Source of the DNA: Bacteroidales bacterium
Lineage (GTDB): Bacteria > Bacteroidota > Bacteroidia > Bacteroidales > B39-G9
Reading direction: 5' to 3'
NCBI GenBank assembly: GCA_023133485.1
Contig: JAGLWK010000038.1
Location: 25,352 to 89,351, forward strand
Length of the DNA stretch: 64,000 nucleotides
This document shows, piece by piece, positions 28,156-35,715 of the stretch. Within the stretch, counting starts at the first letter, position 1. The number at the start of each line of letters is the position of its first letter. Under the pieces are notes generated by a model, which saw only the letters and a program-made list of their open reading frames with translations, was not told the origin of the DNA and ran no database searches. The translations under genes and the position numbers were made by a program.

Positions 28156-30402
28156 ATTTTTAACTAAGTTATAATATGCTCCTTTTTTGTTAGTTAATTC
28201 TTTATGAGTTCCCTGTTCAACAATTTTTCCTTTTTCTAATACTACTATTTGGTCGGCATTTTTAACAGTGCTTAACCTGTGAGCTACAATAACAACTGTT
28301 TTACCTTTAAAAAATTCGTCAAGGTTATTCATAATCACTTTTTCATTGTTTGCATCAAGTGAATTTGTAGCCTCATCAAAAAATAAATATTCAGGGTTTT
28401 TATAAATTGCACGGGCTATTAATATCCTTTGTTTTTGTCCCTGACTTAAACCATGTCCTTCCTGACCTATTTTTGTATTATACCCTAAAGGTAAACTGTC
28501 AATAAATTCTTGAATATTAGCAACTTTAACAGCATTTAACAATTTATTTTTATCTATAATTTCATCGCTAACTGCAATGTTTTTTGCAATAGTATCTGAA
28601 AAAATAAAACCATCCTGCATTACAGCACCACATTTTGCCCGCCAGCTACGATTACTGAAATTTTCAAGCCTTGTTTCACCGAGTTTTATTTCTCCTTTTA
28701 CAGGCGGATAAAAACCAAGCATAAGTTTAACAAGTGTAGTTTTTCCGCTTCCGCTTGTACCTACAATAGCAGTAATTTTACTTGCAGGAACCTCTATGTC
28801 TATGTTATCTATTACCATTTCGGAATGCGGACCTTCGTATTGAAAATGAAGATTTGATATGTTAATATTTTCATTTACAGGGATATCTGAAATTTTTGTA
28901 TCATCAATATCTTCTTCATCGTCTTTGTTGTGGATTTCGCCAAGACGTTCAAGACTTATTTTAGCATCCTGAGTTGACTGGAAAAAACCTAACATTTGGT
29001 CGATAGGACTATTTAACTGTCCGATAATATATTGTACCGCCAGCATCATACCAAGTGTCATATCACCACTTATTACTGAAGTTGCTGCTATTATTGTAAT
29101 AATTATGTTTTTTGTTTCGTTTACTAATACCGAACCTGCTTGCTGATATTGATTAAGAGATAAACTTTTAATATTTACTTTAAATAATTTTGCCTGAATA
29201 CTTTCCCATTCCCAGCGTTTCTGTTTTTCGCAGTTATTCAGCTTTATCTCCTGCATACCCGTAATTAATTGTATTATATTACTTTGGTTATCAGACATTT
29301 GTGCAAAACGTTTAAAATCTAAAGTCCTGCGTTTTTTCATGAAGATATTTATCCAAAGTATATATATTGTACTACCGATAATAAAAACAGCAAGTATTTT
29401 TAAGCTGTAAATTGCAAGCACGATACCAAAAATAACAAGGTTAACAAACGAAAATAAAATATTTAACGAGGATGAGGTAAGAAAACTTTCAATACGGCGG
29501 TGGTCTTGTATTCTTTGCATAAGGTCGCCAATCATCTTGGTATCGAAAAAACCTATGGGCAGTTTCATTAATTTTATCAGGAAATCTGAAATAAGCGATA
29601 TATTTATTCGGGTGCTTATATGCAAAAGTATCCAACTGCGAATAAAGTCAACGGTTGAACGGCTAATGGTTAATACAAGCTGGGCAATTAGTACAAGATA
29701 TATAAAATTCAGATTTTGATTATTAATACCAAAATCAACAACCGATTGTGTAAGAAAGGGGAAAATAAGTTGCAGCAAACTTCCAAGTAACATACCCAGC
29801 ATTAATTGAGTAATAAACTTACCATGTGGCTTTAGATATGAGAAAAGAAATTTAAAGCCTGACTTGTTTAATTTTTCATCGTCTGTTTTATAAAAATCGG
29901 GGGCAGGTTCTAATAAAAGACAAAGTCCTTTATCTTCTCCTTCTTTTTTTGTACTGAGCCAGCAATTGAGAAATTCTTTTTTTGTATATTTTACATGACC
30001 ATGTCCCGGGTCGGCAACATAAACATTACAATCGTCATTACGAACCGCAGGCGAAGTAATCTCTTTATTTGTATAGTATTGTTTCTGTTTTAACCCTCGC
30101 AATGACGAGCGTTTTTTTATTTTATAAACAACAACAAAATGATTTTGTTTCCAGTGAACAATACAAGGCAAAGGAGATTCGTTTTCAAGCTGCTCAAAAG
30201 TTATTCTAACTCCTTTTGTACGCATACCAATACTTTCGGCAGCATCGCTGATGCCAAGCATTGATACACCTTCGCGGGTAATAAAACTTCTGCCACGTAA
30301 AGTTTGTAAATTATATGTTTTCCCATAATACTTTGCTATCATGCGCAGGCAGGCGGGGCCGCAGTCCATGGCGTCTAATTGTTTGTAAAAGGGAAAGCTC
30401 AT
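28135..30402 (-). CDS. peptidase C39 domain-containing ABC transporter (double-glycine leader-cleaving bacteriocin/RiPP exporter)
   Basis: N-terminal C39 motif QLDAMDCGPACLRMI, with His in HWKQNHFVV and ADPGHG. Six-TM domain, Walker A GTSGSGKTT, signature LSQGQKQR, Walker B LFFDEATSALD-like (LFFDEATNSLD). Confidence 0.9.
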   Translation of the reverse strand: MSFPFYKQLDAMDCGPACLRMIAKYYGKTYNLQTLRGRSFITREGVSMLGISDAAESIGMRTKGVRITFEQLENESPLPCIVHWKQNHFVVVYKIKKRSSLRGLKQKQYYTNKEITSPAVRNDDCNVYVADPGHGHVKYTKKEFLNCWLSTKKEGEDKGLCLLLEPAPDFYKTDDEKLNKSGFKFLFSYLKPHGKFITQLMLGMLLGSLLQLIFPFLTQSVVDFGINNQNLNFIYLVLIAQLVLTISRSTVDFIRSWILLHISTRINISLISDFLIKLMKLPIGFFDTKMIGDLMQRIQDHRRIESFLTSSSLNILFSFVNLVIFGIVLAIYSLKILAVFIIGSTIYILWINIFMKKRRTLDFKRFAQMSDNQSNIIQLITGMQEIKLNNCEKQKRWEWESIQAKLFKVNIKSLSLNQYQQAGSVLVNETKNIIITIIAATSVISGDMTLGMMLAVQYIIGQLNSPIDQMLGFFQSTQDAKISLERLGEIHNKDDEEDIDDTKISDIPVNENINISNLHFQYEGPHSEMVIDNIDIEVPASKITAIVGTSGSGKTTLVKLMLGFYPPVKGEIKLGETRLENFSNRSWRAKCGAVMQDGFIFSDTIAKNIAVSDEIIDKNKLLNAVKVANIQEFIDSLPLGYNTKIGQEGHGLSQGQKQRILIARAIYKNPEYLFFDEATNSLDANNEKVIMNNLDEFFKGKTVVIVAHRLSTVKNADQIVVLEKGKIVEQGTHKELTNKKGAYYNLVKNQLELGN
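30033..30107. repeat. 75-nt palindromic element inserted in frame (25 codons) in the C39 peptidase domain
   Basis: Terminal inverted repeats CGTCATTACGA (30033-30043) and TCGCAATGACG (30097-30107). Locally GC-richer. Encodes SSLRGLKQKQYYTNKEITSPAVRND between the conserved VVVYKIKK and VYVADPGHG blocks. Confidence 0.6.
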
Positions 30403-31469
30403 TTTGTAGTAATTCCTTCTTTTATACTTTCTTCAACTGTTTTATATCCCTCTTGTCCTTTCCATTTAGCAATATATGGATTATAATTGCATTTGGCAGG
30501 TTGTGAATATATGTTTTTTGGGTCTTTAATAAAGACTCTGCAATCAGTACACATATATCTAAATTCACAGTCTTTACATACTTCAATTTTATCTTTATGA
30601 ATGTGCCATAAATCTTTAAATCCGGGTTTTTCAATTGCTTCTTTTAAAGTAATATCTTTTATATTGCCATAATCTTTTTCGATTGCTGGACAGTTTTTTA
30701 TGAAACCATTTTCATCTATACTTGCTTTGCGATTTAAACAAGTATTGTATTTTTTAGATTCTGAAAAAAATGTCAAATTAGTTGAAAAATATTCTGGTGA
30801 AACATATCCACAATGATCTTTGTCTATAATGTTTTTTAAAAAAATAATATCTGTTTTTTGATTTTTATTCATTGGTTTAATTAAAAAATCATTTGAAGAA
30901 AAAATAATTATTTTCTGTAGTCTAGGAAAACTATATGCAATTTCAACTAAATTATTCATAGAAGTTTCTTGTGAATATTTTAATACTAGTTCAATTGAGT
31001 TAATACTTGTTTTTGTAACTTCAAGTAAAATATCTTTTAATTTATGAAAGTTTATTGAAGTATAAAATCTTAGCTGAATATGCTTACAAAAAAGTTTATC
31101 TAACTGAAATAATACAGTTTTTAATATATCAATATTTGAATATTCAATTATAGCGTTTGTTATATATGAAGGAAACTGCCAATCAATTGATATATCAGGA
31201 AAATAGTCTAATTCATGTGCTTCACAAATAAATACTAATTTTTTGTCAATTAAATAATTAAAGTATTCATCAATTATTTCATTATGTTCATTACCAAAAG
31301 CTTTCTTTATTTCTTTAAGAGATTTATCTTTATATTCAGTTAAAATATCAAATAAAATATTTGGAATAAAAAAATATTCATGTTTTAAAAAATCTATAAT
31401 AAGACTGCGTCGCCATCCCTTTACATGTATGCAATCAGCATATAATTTATAAAAAATTTTCATTTTCAA
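30399..31469 (-). CDS. SPASM-domain peptide maturase lacking a canonical radical-SAM cluster motif
   Basis: C-terminal C244-x10-G-x4-C260, C298-x2-C301-x5-C307-x2-C310 and C327, seven Cys in SPASM spacing. The first 240 residues hold only 4 isolated Cys and no CxxxCxxC. Has a 4-nt stop/start overlap with the exporter gene. Confidence 0.8.
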   Translation of the reverse strand: MKMKIFYKLYADCIHVKGWRRSLIIDFLKHEYFFIPNILFDILTEYKDKSLKEIKKAFGNEHNEIIDEYFNYLIDKKLVFICEAHELDYFPDISIDWQFPSYITNAIIEYSNIDILKTVLFQLDKLFCKHIQLRFYTSINFHKLKDILLEVTKTSINSIELVLKYSQETSMNNLVEIAYSFPRLQKIIIFSSNDFLIKPMNKNQKTDIIFLKNIIDKDHCGYVSPEYFSTNLTFFSESKKYNTCLNRKASIDENGFIKNCPAIEKDYGNIKDITLKEAIEKPGFKDLWHIHKDKIEVCKDCEFRYMCTDCRVFIKDPKNIYSQPAKCNYNPYIAKWKGQEGYKTVEESIKEGITTK

Positions 31470-31641
31470 AATTAATGAATGTACATATCAGTTTATAGAA
31501 ATTTCTAATTTTGGAAACTTCACTTTGTTTTTTCTGGATTTTATCAAGCTTATTACTCAAATTATCACTACCTACACTTATTATATTATTAAATAATGGT
31601 GGCAGTATTGGATAATATGTTTTTTTATTTAATGTTTTCAT
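31447..31641 (-). CDS. small coupled ORF of unknown function (64 aa)
   Basis: The start overlaps the ATP-grasp stop by 4 nt and the end overlaps the SPASM gene start by 23 nt. It fills the otherwise empty gap exactly. No recognisable motif. Confidence 0.4.
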   Translation of the reverse strand: MKTLNKKTYYPILPPLFNNIISVGSDNLSNKLDKIQKKQSEVSKIRNFYKLICTFINFENENFL

Positions 31642-32606
31642 ATTAATTTCTCAGCAATTTTCATTTCCAGATTATAATTACATAATTCAGAAACATTTTG
31701 AAAAATACCTACAGGATTTACTTCTAAAAAAACAAACTCATTTGAAGTTGAATAAATCATATCAATACCTCCACAATCAATTTGCATTCGTTTCATTAAT
31801 ATACATAGCTTATTCCTAATATCTTCAGGCAACCTGAAAGGAACTGATCTAATATCAGTAATATCTCCTGCCCTATAATCAATAGAATTATTTTTATTTT
31901 CTTTTGAAAAAATAGCACAAGAATAGAACTCATTATCAATAAAAAATGTCCTTATTTCATGCTTTTTTTCTATTTTTTTTTGTATTAAAGTAGGGAAAAG
32001 CAAGCCTGATATTGAAGGTTCAGGAATATTTATGTACCCAGTTCGAGAAACATAATAAGCCTTTTTTTCGGTATAAGAAAATACTTCTTGTATAGGTTTT
32101 GTTATATATTTTTTATTTTTAGTATATTTTTTTAATACTTCTTTTTCAGTAACTACACTGGTATTTGGAATTGAAAGTCCGCACTCTTGTGCATATTCAA
32201 GTTGCATTAATTTATTAGGAAAACCTGTAAAAAAATTACCAACATGTTTTTTTATTTGTATTAAATGAAAAATATATTCTTTCAATATATACCACTCTCT
32301 ATTAAGAAAAGTTTCTATTTCTTTATCTATATTATCTAGGGGTATTTTAAAATATTCTCCAAATAAGTTAGGAAGAATTCCATTTCGTATCCAAACGGAA
32401 TATATATCAGATAATTTAAAATGGCTATTATTAACAATTAATTCTATATCAATGCCCACACGTTTTGAGAGAATATTTAAGTAACTAAAATTAAAATCAG
32501 TTGTAGGTGTTATTCTTATAATTTGTTTTCCTAAGAAATGAAGATGGTCAATAACACTATCAACGTCTGGGTCAAAATCTTTAGATATAATAAGAATAAT
32601 GCTCAT
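31638..32606 (-). CDS. ATP-grasp peptide maturase (RiPP macrolactone/lactam ligase-like)
   Basis: C-terminal ATP-grasp pattern HEIRTFFIDNEFYSCAIF...IDYRAGD...GGIDMIYSTSNEFVFLEVNPVGIF. The N-terminal ILIISKDFDPDVDSVIDHL pre-ATP-grasp region resembles that of RiPP ATP-grasp ligases. Confidence 0.75.
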   Translation of the reverse strand: MSIILIISKDFDPDVDSVIDHLHFLGKQIIRITPTTDFNFSYLNILSKRVGIDIELIVNNSHFKLSDIYSVWIRNGILPNLFGEYFKIPLDNIDKEIETFLNREWYILKEYIFHLIQIKKHVGNFFTGFPNKLMQLEYAQECGLSIPNTSVVTEKEVLKKYTKNKKYITKPIQEVFSYTEKKAYYVSRTGYINIPEPSISGLLFPTLIQKKIEKKHEIRTFFIDNEFYSCAIFSKENKNNSIDYRAGDITDIRSVPFRLPEDIRNKLCILMKRMQIDCGGIDMIYSTSNEFVFLEVNPVGIFQNVSELCNYNLEMKIAEKLI

Positions 32607-33823
32607 TTGACATATTTAATTATATTTATATTTTTAATATTTCTAATTTCCGTTAAACCATCAATAGTAAGCACTATATTAATGCCTTTTTCATTATATA
32701 AATTAACTTTTTCAAAATATATTTGATCAGATGTTAGGTAATATTTTTCAACACGAGCTTGTGCTGAAAATTGAAACCAAAATTTATAATCATCTCCTAA
32801 TTCTCCCTTTTTCTTTTGAATATAAACTGATTTTTTATATTCACTGTCAAAAGAATCTAATCCGATTTTTTTTCTTTCCTCATTGAATTTACTAATATTT
32901 TCCGTATTTATATTATTGTTAAACCATAATTCTTCTAATATTTCTAATGAATTTAAATCAGCTGGAGTTAATTTTTTTGGTCCATTATATCGTATGTATT
33001 TACATATTCCTATTTTTCCAAAAATATTTTTCGGATTGTTATATTCAAGACCATCACGCATAATATACGACGATAATTTACCTTTTTCAATTAAGCTGAT
33101 TAATGCAATAAATAAGCGTTCATCCTTTAATACTTTATTATAAAATTCATAATGTTTATCTTCAGTCTTTACATATATTTTTGCTCTATTCACCATGCCA
33201 AAATAGTGACGAATTAAAACCCATGGTATTATGCTTCGTGTTTTTAATTTTTCAAAATCGAATAATTCAACATCAGGCAGACTATCTGAATTTATTAATT
33301 GCAGCAATCTTAATCCATTTTTATAATATATTTTGTCAATGTAATATTGCATTGTATCATGTTCATATAGTTTTATTGTTTCTTTTTGATCAATATCAAC
33401 TAACTTTTGAAGTATTTTAAATCCTTCAGTATTTGTTTTATTTAAATATATATTTCTTAATGAATCATAAATGAGAACAAGTTTTTTCCACTTTTCTGTA
33501 TTATGAAGAGGTGAAAAAAAAGAACTTTGAAAATAATTTAAAGTATAGCCTTTTAAAACACAGCTATCAATATATTGAAAAGCCCTTTTATATTCTTTCC
33601 TTAGGGTTAGTGCTAAAGCTATATTGTAATTATCAATACCACGGGAAAATTGATGTTTTTTGAAAGAATTTTCATATAAAAATATTGCTTTATTATACTT
33701 ATTATCAATGATATATAATTCGGCATCATTGATATCTTTGAGGTATTGCCCGTGAGAGAAGGATATAAATATAAAAAATATTTTGAAAAATAAAATAATT
33801 TTAAAAACAGGAATAATTTGCAT
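32603..33823 (-). CDS. secreted or membrane-anchored TPR-like protein of unknown function
   Basis: N-terminal hydrophobic signal/anchor (VFKIILFFKIFFIFISFSHG), then helical-repeat-like sequence. Has a 4-nt overlap with the ATP-grasp start. Confidence 0.55.
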   Translation of the reverse strand: MQIIPVFKIILFFKIFFIFISFSHGQYLKDINDAELYIIDNKYNKAIFLYENSFKKHQFSRGIDNYNIALALTLRKEYKRAFQYIDSCVLKGYTLNYFQSSFFSPLHNTEKWKKLVLIYDSLRNIYLNKTNTEGFKILQKLVDIDQKETIKLYEHDTMQYYIDKIYYKNGLRLLQLINSDSLPDVELFDFEKLKTRSIIPWVLIRHYFGMVNRAKIYVKTEDKHYEFYNKVLKDERLFIALISLIEKGKLSSYIMRDGLEYNNPKNIFGKIGICKYIRYNGPKKLTPADLNSLEILEELWFNNNINTENISKFNEERKKIGLDSFDSEYKKSVYIQKKKGELGDDYKFWFQFSAQARVEKYYLTSDQIYFEKVNLYNEKGINIVLTIDGLTEIRNIKNINIIKYVK

Positions 33824-33910
33824 AATTTTATTGTATTTAAGGCATTATATAAATTTGTTTCTGTATTTTTTTCTAAATTATTTTTTTGAACTAAATTAAT
33901 GTTTTACATT

Positions 33911-33952
33911 AAAAAAAATACGGAAAACCAAAATTTATTCAATCTTCCGTAT
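33911..33952 (-). terminator. hairpin plus T-run just downstream of the precursor gene (terminator/attenuator)
   Basis: On the minus strand: ATACGGAA-19 nt loop-TTCCGTAT followed by TTTTTTTT. Lies 65 nt after the precursor stop and before the maturase genes. Confidence 0.5.
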
Positions 33953-34016
33953 ATACTTTAGTATTCTTATTTTAAGTTTCTAATATATCGATTAATTAAT
34001 TATTAACTTTAGCTTT

Positions 34017-34217
34017 TTAATGTCGCAGTCGCCAATTTGTGTATACAATTGCGTCATCACAAAGCCACTCATCAACAGTATAGCATTTCCCACCTGTACA
34101 ATAACCACCAGTCCCTGTAAAAATACATGCTCCTCCTTTTATACTTTTCAAATCAGAAAAACTTAGTTTTTCAAATTTTTTAAACGTATCACTGTTTAAA
34201 CTTTCTAATTTTTTCAT
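34017..34217 (-). CDS. RiPP precursor peptide with double-glycine leader
   Basis: The leader ...LSFSDLKSIKGG fits LSxxELxxIxGG. The 37-aa core is ACIFTGTGGYCTGGKCYTVDEWLCDDAIVYTNWRLRH, with 4 Cys, 5 Thr, 1 Lys and 4 Asp/Glu. It heads the maturase/exporter gene string. Confidence 0.8.
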   Translation of the reverse strand: MKKLESLNSDTFKKFEKLSFSDLKSIKGGACIFTGTGGYCTGGKCYTVDEWLCDDAIVYTNWRLRH

Positions 34218-34406
34218 AATAATAATAATTTAAATTAATAAATAGAAAATAATTGCTGGCAAATATAAATAATATTTTAATAAAACAACCCAATATTACA
34301 TTATAATATATTATTTGTTTATATATGTATTTATTATGACTATATGCACACTTTATATTACATATAAATAAATTAAAATGAAAAAAATAATACTCATTAT
34401 TGTAAT

Positions 34407-34775
34407 GTGGAATTACACATTGGTATAATAATAAAACAAAGAGTTGATGAATTAGGTATATCCAAAGCCGAATTTGCTCGCCGTATTAATACAACTTCTC
34501 AAAATATTTATGGAATTTTTAAAAGAAAATCAATTGACACTAATTTACTAATAAAAATATCTCAAGTATTAAATCATAATTTTTTTCAGTATTTTACTTC
34601 GTCAGTCATAAAAGTAAAGGAAGAAAAGGAGATGCTCAACTCTAATATTTCAATAGTTGATTTGTCTGATAAGATATCTAATATCGAGAATAAACTACAA
34701 ATAGCTCAAAAAGAAATTTCTTTAAAGGACAAGATTATTTTATTATTGGAAGAAAAAATTGGAAAATCTAAATAA
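34407..34775 (+). CDS. HTH-domain transcriptional regulator with C-terminal coiled coil
   Basis: IKQRVDELGISKAEFARRINTTSQNIYGIFKRKSI is an XRE/Cro-like HTH. GTG start. Divergent from the precursor gene. Confidence 0.6.
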   Translation: MELHIGIIIKQRVDELGISKAEFARRINTTSQNIYGIFKRKSIDTNLLIKISQVLNHNFFQYFTSSVIKVKEEKEMLNSNISIVDLSDKISNIENKLQIAQKEISLKDKIILLLEEKIGKSK

Positions 34776-34793
34776 ATATTCCAAATTTCATTT

Positions 34794-35042
34794 GTGAAAT
34801 ATATCAGAGATAAAATAGGGATTAAGTTATTAGGAAAAAAAATCAGACAATTGCGAAAACAACAAAAAATTTCTCAAAGTCAATTAGCATTTGAATCGGG
34901 TATTCCCAGAAACCAAGTTGTAAGTATTGAGTTAGGAAAAATAAATACTGGAGTAAGTACTATTTTTGTTATTTCAAAAGCTTTAAATATCCACCCCAAA
35001 GAATTGTTAGATTTTGATTATCCTTTGGATTTTCAGGAATGA
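34794..35042 (+). CDS. XRE-family HTH transcriptional regulator
   Basis: LGKKIRQLRKQQKISQSQLAFESGIPRNQVVSIELGK...ISKALNIHPKELL is a canonical XRE HTH. GTG start in the ORF track. Confidence 0.75.
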   Translation: MKYIRDKIGIKLLGKKIRQLRKQQKISQSQLAFESGIPRNQVVSIELGKINTGVSTIFVISKALNIHPKELLDFDYPLDFQE

Positions 35043-35475
35043 ACTGGATTTAATATGAGGGTAAAAAATAATTTCCTCGCTACAAAAATAATTGTAAACT
35101 CTAACTAACTTCAGAAACTTATGCAAGATTAAAATATAATACGCAGATAATCAGATTTTTAAGAAATTGACAGTTGACAATTAACAGTTGGCAATTTAGT
35201 TTGCAAATTTTTCAGCCTATTGTTTGCCCCTTTGGATTTGTTTTTTATCCAACTGGGGTTAATTATATACTATCAACTTTCTCTGAAATCAGTTTGAACT
35301 TACAAATAATTAACGAATTAAAATAAAAAGCATTTCTGAACAAACAATTGTATGAGGAAAGAAAAATCGCAATTGAAAGTCTAAAAAGTTAAGTCTAATC
35401 ATAAAATAATAAATTTTATATTCTTTTTTATTTTTTATATATTTGTTATACATTGGGCAATAAATAATTATAAAC

Positions 35476-35715
35476 ATGAAAAATTATTTAGATAGAATAA
35501 ACTTAAATCCTGCAATATGTAACGGAAAGCCAATAATCAGGAATATGAGGATAACTGTTAAAACAATCCTTGAATATTTAGCAGCAGGGGAGTCTATTAA
35601 AAATATTTTAAAGGCTTATCCATCATTACAAAAAGAAGACATAATTGCCTGTTTTCAGTTTGCTTCTGCAATTCTTGACACAAATATCCCTGTTTCACAT
35701 TTAATAGACTCTTGA
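35476..35715 (+). CDS. DUF433 domain protein (antitoxin-like)
   Basis: NPAICNGKPIIRNMRITVKTILEYLAAGESIKNILKAYPSLQKEDIIACFQFA is the typical DUF433 pattern. Confidence 0.8.
   Translation: MKNYLDRINLNPAICNGKPIIRNMRITVKTILEYLAAGESIKNILKAYPSLQKEDIIACFQFASAILDTNIPVSHLIDS

Noticed and set aside
30422-30634. 70-aa same-strand ORF in another frame within the SPASM gene, and the 60-63 aa ORFs at 29537-29719 and 30315-30506
   Set aside because: They are embedded in, or antisense to, the well-supported SPASM and exporter genes and have no independent signals.
32538-33420. Plus-strand ORFs (62-86 aa) opposite the ATP-grasp and 406-aa genes, considered as hidden immunity or precursor genes
   Set aside because: They have the typical antisense composition of an AT-rich coding region (I/L/F/N-rich). 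They have no leader motifs and sit in irregular positions relative to the operon.
34378-34428. 16-aa mini-ORF MKKIILIIVMWNYTLV upstream of and overlapping the first HTH gene, considered as a leader peptide or second precursor
   Set aside because: It has no GG motif and no Cys/Thr/acidic core, and it is purely hydrophobic and AT-driven. There is no supporting structure for attenuation.
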